Virus record (IMG/VR): IMGVR_UViG_3300017785_000664
Coordinates: 1 to 30,399 of that record
DNA length: 30,399 bases
Reading direction: 5' to 3' (one strand)
From: a virus
Lineage: Duplodnaviria; Caudoviricetes
Each line of letters starts with the position of its first letter. Within the stretch, counting starts at the first letter, position 1. Below are positions 25,716-30,399 of this stretch, in pieces. The position numbers were made by a program, and so were the translations under genes. Under the pieces are notes generated by a model. That model had not been told where the DNA came from and did not search any database. It worked only from the letters and a program-made list of their open reading frames with translations.

Positions 25716-26615
25716 ATGAGAATAGTAGAATTAATTATTGACGAAAAAGAAGATTTAGCTGGAGTAGATGCTATATCGGTTGTTGAATTTCCTGCAATAG
25801 AAGAAAACTTTATTGCTTTAAATGAACAATTACAATTAGCTAAAGTAGATGATGAGAAACGTATTTTAATAGGTGCTGCATTAATACCTAATAAAAATAT
25901 ATATCGTAGAAATGGAAACGATGAATATTATATTTTCTTTTCAGATGAAACTGTACGCAAAGCAAGTGAATTGTTTTTAATGAATTCAAATCAAAACAAT
26001 GCTACATTAGAACACGACAAGAAGCTAAAAGATTTGACTGTAGTTGAATCTTGGATAGTCGAAGATGTAGATATGGACAAATCTAAAAAGTATGGCTTAA
26101 ATGCACCCGTAGGAACTTGGATGGTAACTATGAAAGTTAATAACGATATGATTTGGAATGACTTTGTTAAAACAGGTAAAGTTAAAGGATTTTCGATAGA
26201 AGGATATTTTGCCGACAAATTAGAAATGAGTTTACAATTAGCAGAAGAACAAGAATTAGTAAATAGAATAAAAGACATCATTTTAAATGGTGAAAAAAAA
26301 AAGACTAATTTAGAATCATATACAGATTATCCTGAACAAGCTACTGAAAACGCAAAGATAGCTTTAAGATACGCAGAAGAAAATGGGTGGGGAAGTTGTG
26401 GAACTCCTGTAGGAAAAGCAAGAGCAAATCAATTAGCAAATAGAGAACCTATAAGCGAAGATACAATTAGTAGAATGGCTTCTTTTGAAAGACAAAGACA
26501 AAATTCTGATAGACCATTAGGCGAAGGTTGCGGAAGATTAATGTGGTTAGCGTGGGGCGGAGATGCAGGTGTTGAATGGGCAAGTAGAAAACTAAAACAA
26601 ATTAGAAAAGAGTAA
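25716..26615 (+). CDS. Prohead protease (XkdF-like) with an extra C-terminal WGGDAG domain
   Basis: AISVVEFPAIE.NF, TLEH, VESW, GTW, VKGFSIEGYF motifs. Confidence 0.8.
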   Translation: MRIVELIIDEKEDLAGVDAISVVEFPAIEENFIALNEQLQLAKVDDEKRILIGAALIPNKNIYRRNGNDEYYIFFSDETVRKASELFLMNSNQNNATLEHDKKLKDLTVVESWIVEDVDMDKSKKYGLNAPVGTWMVTMKVNNDMIWNDFVKTGKVKGFSIEGYFADKLEMSLQLAEEQELVNRIKDIILNGEKKKTNLESYTDYPEQATENAKIALRYAEENGWGSCGTPVGKARANQLANREPISEDTISRMASFERQRQNSDRPLGEGCGRLMWLAWGGDAGVEWASRKLKQIRKE

Positions 26616-26824
26616 TGTTTAAATTAATAAATAAAATTATGGGTAATAAAACAAGTTCACCAAAAGGTGGTAAAAGAGGATGTTTATGTAAAGACGGAAC
26701 GTATGATTCTAAATGTTGTGAAGGAGAATTATCACAACAAGGAATCGGAGCTACAGTATTACAACAAACAAGTACAGTTACAAACACAAATAACGCAAGA
26801 GTTATAACTAATGTAAGTTCGTAA
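26615..26824 (+). CDS. Small Cys-rich protein
   Basis: SPKGG.RGCLC.D.TY..KCC.G.L..QGIG; TAATG-coupled. Confidence 0.65.
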   Translation: MFKLINKIMGNKTSSPKGGKRGCLCKDGTYDSKCCEGELSQQGIGATVLQQTSTVTNTNNARVITNVSS

Positions 26825-26830
26825 TTTATA

Positions 26831-26853
26831 ACAAAATTAAATAATAATAATTA
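26831..26853 (+). promoter_or_regulatory. Late promoter variant ACAA-N13-TAATTA
   Basis: One mismatch to the consensus; upstream of the scaffold/capsid operon. Confidence 0.55.
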
Positions 26854-26871
26854 ATACTAAAAAATAAAATT

Positions 26872-27243
26872 ATGTCTACGGAAAAAATTGTAATGAATGC
26901 TTTGTTTGGAAAAACAGAATTAAAAAATGAAAAAGTAGAATTGGCATTAAAAGATGATATTCAAAAAGGGTTAAGTGATTATAAAACACTTGATTCAGCT
27001 ATCACTGCATACAAGAATAAAGCAAGAGCTGGATTGGATTCTTATTTAACAAGTGTTGGTCAAGCATATCAAAATGCTAAAAATACTTTAGATGCTCTTA
27101 ATACTATGGAAGCAAAAATAAAAGAATTAGGTTTAGCTGACAATCCTTATGCTTCATACACTAAAGATATGACCGCTAAAGCAAACGAATATAAAAAATT
27201 ATTTGCTTATGTAGATAATCTTGGTGTTTCAGTAAGTAAATAA
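26872..27243 (+). CDS. Helical hypothetical protein, candidate internal head protein
   Basis: 123 aa; N-terminal LFGKTELKNEKVELA leader; between protease and scaffold. Confidence 0.6.
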   Translation: MSTEKIVMNALFGKTELKNEKVELALKDDIQKGLSDYKTLDSAITAYKNKARAGLDSYLTSVGQAYQNAKNTLDALNTMEAKIKELGLADNPYASYTKDMTAKANEYKKLFAYVDNLGVSVSK

Positions 27244-27261
27244 AATTTTAAATAAGTAAAT

Positions 27262-27798
27262 ATGAATGTAATTAATGAAATCAAAACTCTTTTGGGTATG
27301 GAAGTAAAACTTGCCCAAATGAAACTTAAAGATGGAGTTACTGTTTTAGAAGCAGATGCTTTTGAAACTGATAATGCTGTTTTTATTGTTAATGGCGAGG
27401 AAAGAATTCCTGTACCAGTTGGAGAATACGAATTAGAAGATGGAATGATTTTAGTAGTAACCGTTGAAGGTGTTATTGCTGAAATTAAAGAAGCAGTTGT
27501 TGAAGAAGAAACTGCACCAGAAGCTGAAGTAGAAGTTGAAGTTGAAGCACAAGCTGAACCAGCTACCCCTAAAAGAATTGTAGAATCAGTTTCAAAAGAA
27601 ATGTTCTTTGCTGAAATTGAAAAACTACAAGCACAAATTGCTGAATTAAAATCAGTAAAACAAGAATTAAGTTCAGAAGTTGTTGTTGAACCATTAACAC
27701 ATTCTCCTGAAGTTAAAAACGAAGTTAAACTAAATAAAATATCAACTAATCGCCAAATGACTACACAAGATATAGTTATGGCAAAACTTTTTAATTAA
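27262..27798 (+). CDS. Capsid scaffolding protein
   Basis: Very Glu-rich; P.PVGEYELEDG motif; directly upstream of the capsid gene. Confidence 0.75.
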   Translation: MNVINEIKTLLGMEVKLAQMKLKDGVTVLEADAFETDNAVFIVNGEERIPVPVGEYELEDGMILVVTVEGVIAEIKEAVVEEETAPEAEVEVEVEAQAEPATPKRIVESVSKEMFFAEIEKLQAQIAELKSVKQELSSEVVVEPLTHSPEVKNEVKLNKISTNRQMTTQDIVMAKLFN

Positions 27799-27804
27799 TA
27801 AATT

Positions 27805-28749
27805 ATGGCTACTACAACATCTATTACGACTACCTATGCTGGAGAATTTGCTGGAAAGTATATTTCTGCTGCATTATTGTCAGGTTCAACTATTGCAAAT
27901 GGTGGAATCGAAGTTAAACCTAATGTAAAATACAAAGAGGTTATCAAAAGAATTGCTACAGATGCAATCGTTAAAAACGCTACTTGTGATTTTGATGCTA
28001 CTTCTACTGTAACATTAACTGAAAGAGTAATTACTCCTGAAGAATTTCAAGTAAATCTACAATTGTGTAAGAAAGACTTTAAGTCGGATTGGGAGGCCGT
28101 TCAAATGGGATATTCTTCATTTGATAATTTACCTCCTGCTTTTGCAGATTTCTTATTAGCACACGTTGTTTCTAAAATTGCTGAAAAAACAGAACAAAAC
28201 ATTTGGAAAGGTGTTACAGCTAATGCTGGTGAGTTTGACGGATTCTTAACTCTTGCTACTGCTGATGCTACTGTACTTGATGTAGCTTCTCCTGCTTCTG
28301 GTGGAGTTACTGCTGCTAACGTAATTGCTGAACTTGGAAAAGTTGTTGACTTGATTCCTGCTTCACTTTATGGAAAAGAAGATTTATACTTATATGTTTC
28401 ACAATCTATTGCTCGTGATTATGTACGTGCTTTAGGAGGATTCGGAGCTTCTGGACTTGGTGCTAATGGTACTAACACAATGGGAACTCAATGGTTTAAC
28501 AATGGTTCATTATCTTTTGATGGTGTTAAAATCTTTGTTTGCAACGGAATGACTAACGATTATATGATGGCTGCTCAAAAATCTAACTTGTATTTTGGAA
28601 CTGGTTTGTTATCAGACCAAAATGAAATCAAAGTAATTGATATGGCTGACATCGACGGAAGCGAAAACGTAAGAATTGTAGCTAGATTTACTGCTGCTGT
28701 TCAATACGGTGTTGGTGCTGAAATTGTACTTTACACTCCAGCTGCATAA
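27805..28749 (+). CDS. Major capsid protein
   Basis: 314 aa; TYAGEFAGKYISAALLSG, QVNLQLCK, IWKG, NLYFGTGLLSD; strong GCT/ACT codon bias; followed by a terminator. Confidence 0.9.
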   Translation: MATTTSITTTYAGEFAGKYISAALLSGSTIANGGIEVKPNVKYKEVIKRIATDAIVKNATCDFDATSTVTLTERVITPEEFQVNLQLCKKDFKSDWEAVQMGYSSFDNLPPAFADFLLAHVVSKIAEKTEQNIWKGVTANAGEFDGFLTLATADATVLDVASPASGGVTAANVIAELGKVVDLIPASLYGKEDLYLYVSQSIARDYVRALGGFGASGLGANGTNTMGTQWFNNGSLSFDGVKIFVCNGMTNDYMMAAQKSNLYFGTGLLSDQNEIKVIDMADIDGSENVRIVARFTAAVQYGVGAEIVLYTPAA

Positions 28750-28771
28750 TCATTATAAATAATAATTAAAT

Positions 28772-28800
28772 AAGGGTAGGTAAAGCGCCTGCCCTTTTTT
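28772..28800 (+). terminator. Intrinsic terminator after the capsid gene
   Basis: AAGGGTAGGT-AAAGC-GCCTGCCCTT followed by a T run. Confidence 0.88.
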
Positions 28801-28823
28801 ATTAACTTTAAAAAATATAAACT

Positions 28824-29366
28824 ATGCCTTGCGATATTTCTTTAGGACGTGCCGAACAATGTAAAAATTCAATCGGTGGATTAAGAGCTGCATACTTCAT
28901 TAATTGGGGTGATGCAACAACGGTAACATATTCTGCAACTGCAGGAAGTGAAGATGTAATAACTGCGTTAGGTGGAACTCCTATCGGTTATAAATATGAA
29001 TTGAAAGGAAGTTCTACTTTTGAACAAACTTTAACTTCATCAAGAGAAAATGGAACTACATTTGTAGACCAAAAATTAAGTTTAAGTATTAAGAAATTAA
29101 CTATTGCTGACCACAAACAATTGAAATTACTTTCTTATGGTAGACCACAAGTTATTATTGAAGATAACAACGGTAACTTCTTTTTAGCTGGTTTAACTAA
29201 AGGAATGGATTTAGTAACTTCAACTATATCTACTGGTGCTGCTATGGGAGATATGTCAGGATATAAAATTGAATTTCAAGGAATGGAACCTTTACCTGCA
29301 AACTTCGTAACTGGACCATTAGAAACAAGTATTTTAGCTTCTATTGTTCCAGGTACTGTAGCATAA
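28824..29366 (+). CDS. Major tail tube protein
   Basis: C...GR...CK..IGGL, SRENGTTF, EDNNG, TGAAMGD.SGY...F.G.E motifs. Confidence 0.8.
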   Translation: MPCDISLGRAEQCKNSIGGLRAAYFINWGDATTVTYSATAGSEDVITALGGTPIGYKYELKGSSTFEQTLTSSRENGTTFVDQKLSLSIKKLTIADHKQLKLLSYGRPQVIIEDNNGNFFLAGLTKGMDLVTSTISTGAAMGDMSGYKIEFQGMEPLPANFVTGPLETSILASIVPGTVA

Positions 29367-29389
29367 TATTATTGTTTGTTTTTTTTAAG

Positions 29390-29420
29390 AAGGGTGCTAT
29401 TTATTTAGCATCCTTTTTTT
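29390..29420 (+). terminator. Intrinsic terminator
   Basis: AAGGGTGCTA-TTTATT-TAGCATCCTT followed by a T run. Confidence 0.9.
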
Positions 29421-29428
29421 GTTTTAAA

Positions 29429-29451
29429 ACAATTTTAACTTTAAATTATTA
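29429..29451 (+). promoter_or_regulatory. Late promoter ACAA-N13-TTATTA
   Basis: Immediately after a terminator; would drive the portal-fibre-lysis operon. Confidence 0.7.
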
Positions 29452-29468
29452 ATATATAAAAATAGTTT

Positions 29469-29798
29469 ATGATAATTTTAAAAGAACAAAATACATCACA
29501 AAGTTTAACATTTATTCCAAGAGTAATGAATGCTACAACTATTGTTTTAAGAAATGAAACTACAGGAATTGAAACTAATATAGCAGCTGATTTTTATTTA
29601 TCAGATTATTACATAACTGCTACAACTGTTTTTGCTTTAAAAGAAAATACATTTTATAATTTAACTATTAAAAATGGTTCTAATATAGTTTATAAAGATA
29701 AAATATTTTGCACAAATCAAGCAAACGATGTTTATACGGTAAACCAAAATCAATACGTAGCAAACGTAACAAACAACGAATTTAAAATTTATGAGTAA
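29469..29798 (+). CDS. Structural protein upstream of the portal (possible head closure)
   Basis: 109 aa; FIPR, YKDKIFCTNQ motifs. Confidence 0.6.
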   Translation: MIILKEQNTSQSLTFIPRVMNATTIVLRNETTGIETNIAADFYLSDYYITATTVFALKENTFYNLTIKNGSNIVYKDKIFCTNQANDVYTVNQNQYVANVTNNEFKIYE

Positions 29799-30399
29799 TA
29801 TATCAATAGTAAATTTAAGTGCTTATACAAGCCCTGTAATACAAGAAAATAAAAAGAATAATTACATTGAATACGGAAGTGATAACAATTACTTTCAATA
29901 TTTAATTGATAGATATTTATATTCAGCTACAAATGGCGCTATTATTACAGGTGTTGCCAATATGATTTACGGAAAAGGATTAGATGCTTTAGATTCTAAT
30001 AAAAAGCCAAATGAATATGCACAAATGAAATCTATTATTAAAGATTCTGATTTGCGTAAAATAGCTTTAGAACGTAAATTATTAGGAATGGCTGCAATGC
30101 AAGTCGTAATAGAAAAGAAACAAGTAAAACAAGTGCTTCATTTTCCTATGCAAACATTACGAGCTGAAAAATGTAATGATAGAGGACAAATAGAAGCTTG
30201 GTATTATCATAACGATTGGACTAAAAAGAAACCTAGTGAAGATGCAAAAAGAATTCCAGCTTTTGGTTTTGGTAATGGTAATGAAGTTGAAATATATGTT
30301 ATACAACCTTATGTATCAGGTTTTGACTATTATAGTCCAATAGATTATTCTGGTTCTTTACCTTATGCTTTGCTTGAAGAAAACATAGCAGATTATCAA
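29791..30399 (+). CDS. Portal protein, 5' part (continues at base 124)
   Basis: ATG 29791 (MSNISIVNLSAYTSPVIQE...YGSDNNYFQYLIDRY...IYGKG) is open to the window end and in frame with 1-1308. Confidence 0.85.
   Translation, partial: MSNISIVNLSAYTSPVIQENKKNNYIEYGSDNNYFQYLIDRYLYSATNGAIITGVANMIYGKGLDALDSNKKPNEYAQMKSIIKDSDLRKIALERKLLGMAAMQVVIEKKQVKQVLHFPMQTLRAEKCNDRGQIEAWYYHNDWTKKKPSEDAKRIPAFGFGNGNEVEIYVIQPYVSGFDYYSPIDYSGSLPYALLEENIADYQ
30277..30399. repeat. Terminal exact repeat (copy 2)
   Basis: Identical to 1-123. Confidence 0.95.

Noticed and set aside
911-26787. All minus-strand ORFs in the track (e.g. 3077-3367, 4532-4873, 7657-7965, 25991-26281)
   Set aside because: They are antisense shadows of well-supported + strand genes, with no recognisable motifs or expression signals
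30277-30399. 123-bp terminal repeat as a biological direct terminal repeat or att site
   Set aside because: It lies inside the portal reading frame, so it is best explained as assembler overlap of a circular or permuted genome
1-30399. Stop-codon reassignment, CRISPR array or lysogeny module
   Set aside because: The standard code gives near-complete gene tiling and all three stop codons are used; no repeat-spacer array, integrase or repressor seen

Overview
The window is almost certainly one complete, circularly assembled genome of a small (30,276 bp) AT-rich tailed phage (siphovirus-like). Bases 1-123 repeat exactly at 30277-30399, and the portal gene runs across that join. The host is probably Bacteroidota (Flavobacterium-like), based on TAnnTTTG -7 promoter elements, A-rich leaders without Shine-Dalgarno sequences and the gene families present. 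All credible genes are on the + strand. Early/middle block (~6.5-16.5 kb): NinG-like nuclease, ERF recombinase, SSB, RecA-fold helicase, ECF-like sigma factor, several nucleases, 5'-3' exonuclease, a two-gene cassette with a TAGT/GREB1-like glycosyltransferase, and a DnaA-domain-IV-like protein. Late block (16.5 kb round to 6.3 kb): terminase, tail, tape measure, protease, scaffold, capsid, tail tube, portal, fibres and lysis genes. I saw no integrase, repressor, DNA polymerase, primase, tRNA or CRISPR array. Best leads: (1) a candidate antisense pseudoknotted RNA / origin at 6281-6514; (2) a DNA-glycosyltransferase-like cassette with no partner base-modifying enzyme; (3) two promoter classes, GTTAA-N6-GTTAA plus TAnnTTTG (early) and ACAA-N13-TTATT (late, probably read by the phage sigma factor); (4) a -1 frameshift with ~190 nt of dual coding in the tail chaperone gene; (5) no GATC or CATG sites found; (6) a T4 gene-32-like pseudoknot upstream of ssb. 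All protein family calls come from motif recognition by eye, not database searches.
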